A DNA stretch of 59,859 bases, the filler included. It is 4 parts of 4 records of this genome, joined end to end, with 100 filler letters (N's around TTAATTAATTAA, not from the genome) between each part and the next. Parts side by side here need not be neighbours in the genome. Positions count along the whole stretch, not along the records: positions 1 to 23,727 come from DRR723986_1355; positions 23,828 to 39,113 come from DRR723986_1356; 2 more parts are not named here. One strand, written 5' to 3'. The notes beneath the pieces were generated by a model. That model searched no databases and had not been told where the DNA came from. It saw only the letters and a list, made by a program, of their open reading frames with translations. Both the position numbers and the translations under genes were made by a program. How positions within the stretch are numbered: position 1 is the stretch's first letter; every line of letters begins with the position of its first letter. Positions 20,157 through 29,981 of the stretch are shown here, piece after piece.

Positions 20157-23100
20157 CAGGCTTTGCCGTAGCCGCCCCCACCGGGGGTCTGCATGGTGAA
20201 AACCTCACCGGGCTGCATTTGCGCCTGGTCGTTGCCTTCCAGCAGTTCGACACGCCCGCCGATCCGTTCCACGGTATTGCGGCCACAACGCCCCGGCGCG
20301 CCGCCGGAGGTGCCATGCGGGGGAACGCGCCGATGCGAGGACAGAACCGTCACCGTCATTTCCTCCAGAAACCGCAATCGACGGGTGATGCCATTGCCCC
20401 CCTGCCAGCGGCCAGCGCCACCCGATCCGTGACGGATGGAAAATTCCTCGACCCGGACGGGGAAGCGGGTTTCCAGCACTTCAGGGTCCGTCATGCGGGT
20501 GTTGGTCATGTGGCTGTGAACGGCGCTTGCCCCGTCAAAGCCTGCGCCCGCGCCTGTGCCGCCACAGATGGTTTCATAGTTCTGGAACCGGTCATTGCCG
20601 TAGACGAAATTGTTCATCGTGCCTTGGCTGCCCGCGATCACCCCAAGCGCGCCATAGAGCGCATCGGCGATGGACTGACTGACCTCGGTATTGCCCGAAA
20701 TCACCGCAGCAGGCGGGCGCGGGTTGATCATGCTACCTTCGGGCACGCGGATCTCGATGGGTTTCAGGCAGCCTTCGTTCATCGGGATGTCTGCCCCGAC
20801 AAGCGTGCGGAACACGTAAAGCACCACGGCCCGGCAGATCGACAAGGGCGCGTTGTAGTTCAGCCGGTCCTGATCCGAGGTGCCGGTGAAATCCACCACC
20901 GCGCTGCGGCCCGCGTGGTTGACGGTGATCGCCACCTCGATCTGTGCGCCGCTGTCCATCGGATAGGTAAAGGCGCTGTCCTTCAGAACGTCCAGCACCC
21001 GGCGCACGCTTTCCTCGGCATTGTCCTGCACATGGCCCATATAGGCCTGCACCACCGGCAGGCCGAAATGTCGGGTGATCTTTTGCAGCTCTTTCATGCC
21101 GGTCGCATTGGCCGCAATCTGCGCGGCGAGATCGGCCATGTTCTGGTCGATGTTGCGGCAGGGGTAGCGGCCAGAGGCCAGCAGGGCGCGGGTTTCGGCC
21201 TCTTGCAACTGGCCTTCCTTCACCAGCAGGACATTGTCGATCAGCACACCTTCTTCCTCGATATGGGTGCTGTCGGGCGGGGCCGAACCGGGGGTCTTGC
21301 CGCCGATATCGGCGTGATGCCCGCGAGAGGCGGTGAGGAAGATGATCTTCTCGCCCGCCTCGTCGAAAACGGGGGTGATGACAGTTACATCCGGCAGGTG
21401 GGTGCCGCCATTGAACGGATTGTTCATCATGAAGACGTCGCCGGGGCGGATTTGCCCCGCGTTTTCGCGCAGGACGGTGCGCACGCTTTCGCTCATTGAC
21501 CCCAGATGCACGGGCACATGAGGGGCGTTGGCGACCAGATCGCCATTGCCGTCAAAGATCGCGCAGGAGAAATCGTAACGTTCCTTGATGTTCACAGAAT
21601 AGGCGGTGTTGGCCAGCGTCGCGCCCATCTGGTCGGCGATGGACATGAAGAGGTTGTTGAACACCTCCAGCATCACCGGATCGACGGATGTGCCGATGGC
21701 CTCTTGCCGGTCCAGCGCCACCACCCGGCGCAGGATCAGCGCGCCCCCGGCCAGCCCTTCGGCTTGCCAGCCGGATTCCACCACATTGGTGCCGGTCGGG
21801 TCGACGATGATGGCAGGGCCGGTCAGCGTGTCGCCCGCGCGCAGGCTGGCGCGGACGATCAGCGGAACGTTGCGCCAGCCATCGTCGCAATACATGCGGG
21901 CGCTATCCTGTCCGGCGTGCGTCTCACCTTGCTCGGGTAAAGTGACCGCTTCGCCGGTTTCGCCCACGGCCTCGGCGGTCAGAAGGTCGATGATCAGGCT
22001 GTCATAGTCCGGCACGAAGCCAAAACGCTGCTGATGCGCGGTGTCGAAGCCCTCGCGCATCCCATCTATGGGGCCGAACGGCACTGGCAGGGTCTGGTGT
22101 GACCCCGGCGTGCGGATATGGGCGGTTTCGATCAGGGTGATGCGGTCTGCCGGGATTCCCTGTCGCGCGACCTCATCCCGTGCGTCCGCGCCCACCCTGT
22201 CCAGCGCGGCACGCGCGTCGGCAGCATCCGTCAAAGGCCGCGCCAGTTGATATTCCCGGATCGCCCGGATATCGGCCAGCCCCATGCCGAATGCTGACAG
22301 GACGCCCGCAAAGGGGTGGATATAGATGCTTTCCATTCCCAGCACGTCGGCCACCTGACAGGCATGCTGCCCGCCCGCGCCGCCAAAGCAGTTCATGGTG
22401 TAGCGCGTCACGTCATAGCCACGCTGGACGCTGATCTTCTTGATCGCATTGGCCATGTTTTCCACGGCAATCCGCAGGAAACCTTCGGCCAGTTCTTCGG
22501 GCGTTTTGCGGAGCTCGCCGGTTTCGTCTGCAATCTCGGTGGCCATGTCTTCAAAGGCGGCGCGGGCAGCGGCGACGTCCAGCGGCTCATCCCCGCCGGG
22601 TCCGAAGACAGAGGGGAAGCGGTCAGGCTGGATCTTGCCAAGCACCACGTTGCAATCGGTCACTGCCAGCGGTCCGCCACGCCGGTAAGACGCGGGACCG
22701 GGATTGGCCCCGGCGCTTTCGGGGCCGACCTGCATACGGCCTTGCGCAAAAGACAGGATCGAGCCGCCGCCCGCGGCTACCGTATGAATGCTCATCATCG
22801 GGGCGCGCATGCGGACGCCGGCCACCTCGGTCTCGAAGGACCGCTCATAGTCGCCCGCGTAGTGGCAGACGTCCGTCGATGTGCCGCCCATGTCAAAGCC
22901 AATGAGCTTGTCGAACCCGGCCTCTTCCGCTGTGCGCACCATGCCGACGACGCCGCCCGCAGGCCCCGACAGGATCGCGTCCTTGCCCTGGAAGAGCCTT
23001 GCATCGGTCAGCCCGCCGTTCGATTGCATGAACATCAGCGACCGGCACCCGCCTTTGGCCGCGCCAAGCGCGTCGCTGACCTGCTGCACATAGCGGCGCA

Positions 23101-23727
23101 GAATGGGCGAGAGATAGGCATCGACCACGGTCGTATCGCCGCGCGACACCAGCTTGATCAGCGGGCTGACCTCGTGGGAGAGCGAGACTTGCGTAAACCC
23201 TGCCGCACGGGCCATGTCACCGATCAGACGTTCATGATCGGGAAAGCGATAGCCATGCATCAGCGCCACCGCGACGGAGCGATAGCCATCGGCATAGGCA
23301 TCGCACAGCGCCGCCTCCACCGATGCAGCGTCGAGCGGCACGATCACCTCGCCCTCTGCCGAGACCCGTTCACCCACTTCCACCGCCTCTTCATAGAGCA
23401 GTTCCGGCAGCTCGATCTTCAGATCAAAGAGGCGCGGGCGGTTCTGGTAGCCGATCCTTAGCAGGTCGCGCATCCCTTCGGTGATCAGTAGCAGCGTCCG
23501 GTCGCCCTTGCGTTCCAGCAGGGCGTTGGTGGCCACGGTAGTACCCATCTTGACCGCGTCAATCGCGCCTTGGGGGATGGCGTCGTCAGCGCCAAGCCCC
23601 ATCAGATCACGAATGCCCTGCACGGCGGCATCGCGGTAGCGTTCGGGGTTCTCGGACAGTAGTTTATGCGTGACCAGCCCGCCCTTTGGCGTGCGCGCGA
23701 CGATGTCGGTAAAGGTGCCGCCACGGT
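20156..23727 (-). CDS. oplA: 5-oxoprolinase (fused hydantoinase A/B), start cut off by contig end
   Basis: Frame continues to the gap as ...RGGTFTDIV...[53 protein letters not shown] and TPGGGGYG motifs. Confidence 0.92.
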
Positions 23728-23827
23728 NNNNNNNNNNNNNNNNNNNNNNNNNNNNNNNNNNNNNNNNNNNNTTAATTAATTAANNNNNNNNNNNNNNNNN
23801 NNNNNNNNNNNNNNNNNNNNNNNNNNN
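23728..23827. other. Artificial contig linker
   Basis: 44 N + TTAATTAATTAA (stop codons in all six frames) + 44 N. Confidence 0.98.
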
Positions 23828-23871
23828 GCTCGACCCTGTTTTTGGCTAATATTCGCAGCGGAATATTTCAT
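23828..23871 (-). CDS. Possible 5' end of a gene running into the gap (MKYSAANISQKQGR...)
   Basis: ATG at 23871 preceded by a strong GGAGGAGA RBS; only 14 codons visible. Confidence 0.4.
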
Positions 23872-24220
23872 GATTCTCCTCCAATAGTTATGTGCCTTTT
23901 ATTCAGCCCAGTCCCAACTCACACACCACTCTCCATCGTGCAAGACTTCGGCTTCAACATCTTTGCACCACACTTGAATTGCCCCAATTTGAGACTATGG
24001 GTTCACTCGACAAACTTGATCATTGGTATGGTATACCTGTTTTCACGATACGGCAGCGAACGGACGGCTGATCATAAGGCACTTAGCCTTAGGCGCTACC
24101 CCACCAGGACAATAGACATTTGGTGCAGAGACAAACAAAAATGTCATAAAGCAAGCCGACAGCCCTGGGGCGGCGCTGCAATCAGTATTCAACAGATCCG
24201 CTGCAAGTAAACACTTAAAC

Positions 24221-24251
24221 AAAAAAGCCGGCTCAAATTAATGAACCGGCT
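24221..24251 (-). terminator. Terminator of the paa operon
   Basis: On the minus strand: AGCCGGTTCA-ttaatt-TGAGCCGGCT followed by TTTTT. Confidence 0.75.
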
Positions 24252-24381
24252 CAAAATGTTAATCGCCAAGTCAAATAGCTGCACAATGCAAAATTGAAAG
24301 CTTAAACAAAAAAATTACACAGCAAAGTCATACAGAATGTTAAGCGGAAACACTTAAACAAAAACTCACAGAATTGATTGT

Positions 24382-24870
24382 TTAAGCGACCGGTTTAAAC
24401 TGTTCAAATGCCTGCGAACAATTTTTGCAATAGTGAATCGCGCGGCACAAAGTTGGCCCAAAGGGCGACTGCAGAATCGTGTTGCGACTGCTACACCAGG
24501 GGCATTCAACGTTGGATAATACTTCCAGCGAAATATAACCATCACTGTGCTCAGGCGGCGCCAGTCCTGACTTCTTCAGCATTTCCTTGCCCTTTTCCGT
24601 AACGCGGTTGCTACTCCAGGGCACTTCAAACGTGACTTTAACTTCAACGCTATCGAGCGGCAATTGCTCAACGCGTTCCTTAATGTCTTTTTGAATATAG
24701 TCGAGCGCGGGACAGCCCGAAAAGGTCGGCAAAAAAGTGATATCTGCTTTATTGTCCTGGAGCTTAACTTCGTGAATCATACCCAGATCCACTACGGAAA
24801 CGTATGGAAGCTCGGGGTCCATGACCTCGGTTAAGGCTTGCCAGATATCGTCTTCAGTAATCTGAGGCAT
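24382..24870 (-). CDS. paaD: 1,2-phenylacetyl-CoA epoxidase subunit D
   Basis: VMDPELP..SVVDLG, PTFSGCPA, CPWCSS...FGPTLCRA..YC..C...FEQFK. Confidence 0.93.
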   Translation of the reverse strand: MPQITEDDIWQALTEVMDPELPYVSVVDLGMIHEVKLQDNKADITFLPTFSGCPALDYIQKDIKERVEQLPLDSVEVKVTFEVPWSSNRVTEKGKEMLKKSGLAPPEHSDGYISLEVLSNVECPWCSSRNTILQSPFGPTLCRAIHYCKNCSQAFEQFKPVA

Positions 24871-24883
24871 AAGCGCTCTCTTT

Positions 24884-25657
24884 TTACCATTCCGCTGCAG
24901 GATCGGAGCGCAGGACTTCGCCCATCTCTTCGATCAGCGCAGCCAGGTGTTCGCTGTGATAACCTTTACGGCCACCAAGATGTTTATTGGAAGCGTCGGC
25001 TTCTTTAACATCCGGCATCGTAAGTCCGGCATGTGCAATGGTTGTTTCGATGTGTTCGAGCCATTTTTTGCGCAGGTGCGCTACACCGGGATACACACCG
25101 GCGTCGATTAACTCCTGCTCATGTGAGAGTTCTTCAAACAGGCCGAGTGCCATCGGAAATGTTTCGTTAAGTGCCGACTGCATGCGTGCGCGGCTTTCTT
25201 CAGTGCCTTTGCTGACCTGCGCTACCCAGGTATTGCCGTGCATGATGTGGTATTTGATTTCACCCAGAACTTTGCGTGAGACCTGTGCGAGCGGCTCAAA
25301 GCTGGATTCGGCCATGGCGGCAAATCGCAGATATGAGGCTTGATCAAACAGAAAGTGGCGCATGAGTGAAAATGCATAACCACCAATTGGATATTCAACC
25401 AGGTGGCTACAGCGGTATTCGGCTTCGGGCCGCAGGAATGCGATTGTATCGGGATCCTGCTCGCCAAGGTCGCGGTGCAGGATTTCATAGAGCGCCAGTG
25501 ACTGGCCCATCTGGTCCTGCGACATCGAAGAAAAGGCGATATCCTCTTCGAGCAGCGGCCCTAGCCCGGTCCATTCGGAGTTGCGATGTCCCAGAATTAG
25601 CAGGTCGTCCGCCGTTGCGTACAGCAGGCTTTTAAGCGCGTCGTTACTAGCTGTCAT
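24884..25657 (-). CDS. paaC: 1,2-phenylacetyl-CoA epoxidase subunit C
   Basis: ADDLLILGHRNSEW.G.GP.LEEDIA, EIKYH and GGRKGYHSEHL motifs; start moved to MTASNDAL. Confidence 0.92.
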   Translation of the reverse strand: MTASNDALKSLLYATADDLLILGHRNSEWTGLGPLLEEDIAFSSMSQDQMGQSLALYEILHRDLGEQDPDTIAFLRPEAEYRCSHLVEYPIGGYAFSLMRHFLFDQASYLRFAAMAESSFEPLAQVSRKVLGEIKYHIMHGNTWVAQVSKGTEESRARMQSALNETFPMALGLFEELSHEQELIDAGVYPGVAHLRKKWLEHIETTIAHAGLTMPDVKEADASNKHLGGRKGYHSEHLAALIEEMGEVLRSDPAAEW

Positions 25658-26030
25658 TGTGTCTTTTCTTGAATTGTTCGATGCGATTACGGACTTTATA
25701 GAATCCAGCTTCACGGTATTGTTTCTCCGGAACGGATTCCCACATGTCGGAATGTTCATCACCTACGGTATGGATATCACCCGTGCGGATGACCCAAATG
25801 CTCGTACTTGTGCTGCGCCGGCCATACTGTTCTTTGGCGAAGAGAAACGCCATTTCAGGGCTGGGAGCATGTACGGAGCCGACGTGCGTATGCCGTCCGC
25901 CGCGTTTGGCCTGATGAAACACTTCGTAGGTTTCGAAATAGTCACGACGTTCCAGCGGCTGCATAGCCTGCTCGTCATCTTCGATGTTAAAACGCGTTAC
26001 GCGCGGATCAAGCGACTTAATGGTCGACAT
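25647..26030 (-). CDS. paaB: 1,2-phenylacetyl-CoA epoxidase subunit B
   Basis: YEVFHQ..RG..H.HVGSVHAPSPEMA...AKEQYGRR....SIWV motif, with a ~30-aa N-terminal extension. Confidence 0.9.
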   Translation of the reverse strand: MSTIKSLDPRVTRFNIEDDEQAMQPLERRDYFETYEVFHQAKRGGRHTHVGSVHAPSPEMAFLFAKEQYGRRSTSTSIWVIRTGDIHTVGDEHSDMWESVPEKQYREAGFYKVRNRIEQFKKRHNDS

Positions 26031-26163
26031 CCACCCTTCCACTCGGTTCGATTATGATAGATATTCGCTTAGGGTCTCGAAATAAACTCGGAAATCTTTC
26101 AGCATCTGGAAAACTACCGCAGCCAGGTGTTAACACATTTGGCTGCGGCATATGTTTCAGAGC

Positions 26164-27150
26164 TTAGCTGAGAGGCACTGTGTACTGTGTCTCAGGCCGC
26201 AGGAGGGCGTCACGCACCCACTTGCCGCGTTCTTCGGCCGTGCGGCGTACCGCCAGGCGTTCCTTGTTGCACGGTCCGTCACCACTGATAACGCGTTTGA
26301 ATTCGTTCCAGTCCGGCTCGGTGTATTCCCACTTACGCGTTTCTGGATTCTTGCGCAGGTTTGGATCCGGCAGCGTCAGTTCCAGTTCCCAGATTTTGGG
26401 AACGTACATGTTGAGGAACTGCTGGCGCATTTCATCATTGGAAGCCATTTTGACTTTCCAGCGCATGAGTTTCTCACCGTGGACCGAGGCTTTGTCGGGA
26501 GGTCCAAAGAAGTGCATGATGGGCGGCCACCAGCGCGTGAGGGCGTCCTGCAGAGCTTCACGCTGCTCGGGCGTGCCTGTTGCCAGGTGCACGACGGCGT
26601 CGTAGCCATATTTCAGGTGGAAAGATTCTTCCTGGCAGATGCGTTCGAGGGCGCGGCAGTATGGTGCGTACGACCCCTTGGAGTTTGTTACCTGGTTGAC
26701 AATTGCGCCGGCATCGATGAGCCAGGCAATGACGGCCGTATCGGCCCAGGTTTTGGCCGGATAGTTAAACACGTTGGAGTATTTGGACTTTCCGCTGATC
26801 AGATCGTTGATCATTTCCTCGCGGGATTTGCCAAGTGTTTCGGCAGCATTATAGAGCAGCTGAGCGTGCCCGACTTCATCCTGAACCTTGGCGGCCAATG
26901 CCAATTTGCGGCGGAAACCCGGCGCGCGTGTAATCCAGGTGCCTTCCGGCAGCGCTCCGATAATTTCGGAGTGTGCATGTTGTTCGATCAAACGAACTAA
27001 CTGGCGGCGGTATTCAAACGGCATCCAGTCATGCGGCTCTATCTTTTCTCCGCGGTCAATCCGCGCTTCAAATTCGGCCAGTTTGACTGGATCGTCATCG
27101 TCTTTGTGATCCTGCAACGGCTTATCAAAAATATATCCACCACCGTACAT
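26164..27150 (-). CDS. paaA: 1,2-phenylacetyl-CoA epoxidase subunit A
   Basis: [36 protein letters not shown] and EESFH diiron motifs. Confidence 0.96.
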   Translation of the reverse strand: MYGGGYIFDKPLQDHKDDDDPVKLAEFEARIDRGEKIEPHDWMPFEYRRQLVRLIEQHAHSEIIGALPEGTWITRAPGFRRKLALAAKVQDEVGHAQLLYNAAETLGKSREEMINDLISGKSKYSNVFNYPAKTWADTAVIAWLIDAGAIVNQVTNSKGSYAPYCRALERICQEESFHLKYGYDAVVHLATGTPEQREALQDALTRWWPPIMHFFGPPDKASVHGEKLMRWKVKMASNDEMRQQFLNMYVPKIWELELTLPDPNLRKNPETRKWEYTEPDWNEFKRVISGDGPCNKERLAVRRTAEERGKWVRDALLRPETQYTVPLS

Positions 27151-27386
27151 GAAGCACCTCTTTCCAGAATATTATGCGGGATGCTGGCGCACATCCGCGT
27201 AAGGAGAGTTAGCAACTCAAAAAATCGAAGTTAGGCTAAATACGATCATCATGCAATGACATTGTGCTGCGCCGGCCCGGCAAAGCGGCAGCACTTGCTG
27301 AATTCTGCCGGTCAAATAGCGCCTGCCCCGATTCGTCTTGGGCGCGAGCCAAACCCGACAAGCACGCAGCAATACTGGAGCTAAGT

Positions 27387-28199
27387 ATGAATTACGAACT
27401 CGTAGACTTTGAAAAAGACGTCATCTCCGCCAGTTCGGTCAAACCGGTTTTAGTCGATTTCTGGGCCGCCTGGTGCGGGCCCTGTCGCGTTCTGGGGCCG
27501 ACACTTGAGGCTCTGTCCGCAGAACAGTCTGAGCGCTGGACACTTGTTAAGGTCGATACTGAGCAGCATGCGGACATAAGCAGCAAATATGACGTGCGCG
27601 GCATTCCGAATGTAAAACTTTTTGTGGACGGCGAAGTCGTGGACGAATTCACCGGCGCTCTGCCGGAGCGAGCACTGCGTGAGTGGATTGACAAGGCGAT
27701 TCCAAACCCGCTCGACGAGGACGTGCGCCAGGCAGTTGCAATGCTGGCCACCGGTGAGACTTTGGCTGCGCGTGAGAAGCTTCAGGCTGTGCTGGACGCA
27801 GCACCTGGACACATTGGCGCCGCTGCACAGCTGGCCCGCTCGATAGTGCTTGACGACCCCACGGCTGCGCGTGATTTAGTTGCCGAAATCTATGAGAATT
27901 CGGCTGAATTTGAGATTGCCGAAAGCGTGCGCACCCTGGCATCACTGCTGCGTTTCCTGCCCGACGGTGCGGAGCTTTCTGAAGCCGAAGTGCGCGCAGA
28001 TTTCCTGGATGCAATCCGCGCCGTTTACGCCAAAGAGTTTGATGCCGCCATTGAGAAACTGATCGAGGTTGTCCGGCGCGACCGCTATTACGAGGATGAT
28101 GCGGCGCGTAAGATCATCATTGCCCTGTTTAAGCTACTTGGAGAAGACAACCCAATTACTCTGCGCCACCGCCGCAGTTTTGACGGCGCACTGTACTAG
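27387..28199 (+). CDS. Thioredoxin-TPR protein (YbbN/CnoX-like)
   Basis: PVLVDFWAAWCGPCR thioredoxin domain plus helical TPR C-terminus; ATG 27387 behind GGAG. Confidence 0.88.
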   Translation: MNYELVDFEKDVISASSVKPVLVDFWAAWCGPCRVLGPTLEALSAEQSERWTLVKVDTEQHADISSKYDVRGIPNVKLFVDGEVVDEFTGALPERALREWIDKAIPNPLDEDVRQAVAMLATGETLAAREKLQAVLDAAPGHIGAAAQLARSIVLDDPTAARDLVAEIYENSAEFEIAESVRTLASLLRFLPDGAELSEAEVRADFLDAIRAVYAKEFDAAIEKLIEVVRRDRYYEDDAARKIIIALFKLLGEDNPITLRHRRSFDGALY

Positions 28200-28386
28200 A
28201 TCAGAGAGTCTTATGATTTCAGTTAGGGCCGCAATGGAGCGGGAGTATTTAAAGCCTATATAACCGTTATTGCAAAATGTACGCCTCCAAGCGGGTATAA
28301 GCAAACATGAATTGCAATAACGGCTGTAAATGCATCGAACATGCCAGTTGTTGTGCCGTGTCTGAAAATCTGCGAGTTGATTGAGA

Positions 28387-28845
28387 TTATTTACGCAGTG
28401 CGTTGACGATTTCCCACTCACCCGCTGTTACGGGCATAATGCTTAGTCGCTGGCCTTTGCGCAGGAGGAGCATGTCTTCCAAACCTTCGGTGCGTTTGAG
28501 TTCAGCAAGCGTGATTGGGTCGTCGAAACCGGAGTGTTTTTGAACATCAACAACTGACCAGCGAGGATCTTCGCTTTTGCTCTTGGCGTCGAAGTACTTG
28601 CTTTCCGGATCAAACTGCGTGGGATCTGGATAGGCTTCACGGACGATTTTGACGATACCAAAAATGCCGACGGGTTTGATGACGCTGTGGTAGAAAAACG
28701 CCAGGTCACCGATTTTCATGTCGCGCATAAAATTGCGCGCCTGGTAATTGCGAACGCCTTCCCAATGATCACGTTGCTCTTTTTCGGCTAATAGTTCAGG
28801 CCAGCCATAGGTATCGGGATCACTTTTCAACAGCCAGTATTGCAT
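28387..28845 (-). CDS. EVE domain protein
   Basis: YWLLKSDP...WEGVRNYQARNFMRDMKIGDLAFFYHS...RLSIMPV; start at MQYWLL behind GGAG. Confidence 0.92.
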   Translation of the reverse strand: MQYWLLKSDPDTYGWPELLAEKEQRDHWEGVRNYQARNFMRDMKIGDLAFFYHSVIKPVGIFGIVKIVREAYPDPTQFDPESKYFDAKSKSEDPRWSVVDVQKHSGFDDPITLAELKRTEGLEDMLLLRKGQRLSIMPVTAGEWEIVNALRK

Positions 28846-29056
28846 TTGAGGCTCCGCTTTGGGGTTCTTGGGGAGAATCTGGAATCTTGCGTCAGGACGT
28901 GCAAATCTACGGAATTTCGGATTGGGGCCGGCAGTCTGTTTTTTTGGTGCTTTGGCTTGGCTCATGTGGCTTGGAAACAGATGACCAAAACGTTTGCTCT
29001 GTTTGTTGTTTTTCCAATTGTTTCCAAGATGTTTAAATGTTTAGGGTTTTTGAAAG

Positions 29057-29277
29057 CGCACAAATTGCATAAATACAATGACGTGTGCGACCAGTAAACA
29101 TGCGGCTTGAGCCGTTTTTGAAAATTCTGAAAACGAACAATTGGCATAGTCAAAACGAACATAATGCATAAGTAAACGAACATTATGCATAGTTAGCCCG
29201 CACAAAATGCATAGCTAAGGCGCACATTATGCATAGTCAAAACGAACAACAGGCATAAAGGCGCACAGTTTGCATAG
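29057..29277 (+). repeat. Iteron array (putative replication origin)
   Basis: 16-bp core CG(A/C)ACA-N4-GCATA(A/G) starting at 29134, 29156, 29177, 29199, 29221, 29243 and 29262 (spacings 22,21,22,22,22,19), plus an outlying copy at 29057; lies upstream of a Rep_3 gene. Confidence 0.85.
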
Positions 29278-29313
29278 AACCGGGCCTAATTTGTTGGACT
29301 TTTTACCGTTTAT

Positions 29314-29857
29314 CTATGCAAAGTGTTCGTTTAACCACGATTTAGGTACCGTTCATTCGATTTGACTTGACGATCACATGCGATTTGGCGCCAAATCGTG
29401 CCGGATCCGGGAATCGCGCAGTTTCGGGCATGCAAAGTGTTAGGTTTAGCAGGTCAATTTTGGCGTACCTGAGTGCCGTCTTTGCCAGGATTTACACTTT
29501 TTTTGCGGCTATGCTAAAAAAAGTCAGGCTATCCGGCTTATGCCAAATGTTCGGTTTGTAAAATCTGGTGTTGCGGCTGTGTGCTAATGAATTTGGCTGA
29601 ATTACTTGCTGATTTGGCGTTTCAGATTTATGCATTTTGTTCGTTTTAGCTTGAGAGACCTCCCTGCTTGTCCGCACTGTTGTTTCGTTTGAATGTCTTG
29701 ATGTACCCGGCCTGAGGCACTGAACTACTACTGGAATTCGAGAATTTGGGCTTATGCATTTTGTTCGTTTTACGGATTTGCAGCTGCCTGAATAACTGCC
29801 GATGACTATGTACTCCTGAGCCGATGTTAGGGCCCGGCGCCTTATGCATTTTGTTCG
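29314..29857 (-). repeat. Dispersed inverted iteron copies
   Basis: Reverse-complement cores at 29314-29329, 29538-29553, 29628-29643, 29752-29767 and 29842-29857 (last three identical, TTATGCATTTTGTTCG), plus a degenerate copy near 29429. Confidence 0.8.
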
Positions 29858-29923
29858 GAATCTTGTGTTTATGGGCCTTGCCGCACGGCCAGGGCTAAAA
29901 TTATACCTGCCGGAATCGTCAAT

Positions 29924-29950
29924 CCGAACAGATATTATTTGTATGTTCGG
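29924..29950. promoter_or_regulatory. Inverted half-iteron repeat, putative Rep autorepression operator
   Basis: CCGAACA-gatattatttgta-TGTTCGG, 31 bp upstream of the likely rep start. Confidence 0.6.
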
Positions 29951-29981
29951 TTATTGGTTTTGTACAACTTTGGATCCAACA

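Noticed and set aside
23772-23783. TTAATTAATTAA as a biological motif
   Set aside because: It is identical in all three N-gaps and is a synthetic six-frame-stop linker.
28387-28845. EVE protein as part of a modification-dependent defence system
   Set aside because: It is a stand-alone, typical EVE protein with no fused or adjacent nuclease or toxin.
29130-29277. Tandem repeat array as a CRISPR or mini-CRISPR
   Set aside because: The period is only 19-22 bp with 3-6 bp between cores, there are no unique spacers or cas genes, and the adjacent Rep_3 gene explains the array as iterons.
29844-29981. N-terminal 46 aa of the Rep ORF in the track
   Set aside because: It overlaps an iteron and the putative operator and does not look protein-like; GTG 29982 is more plausible.
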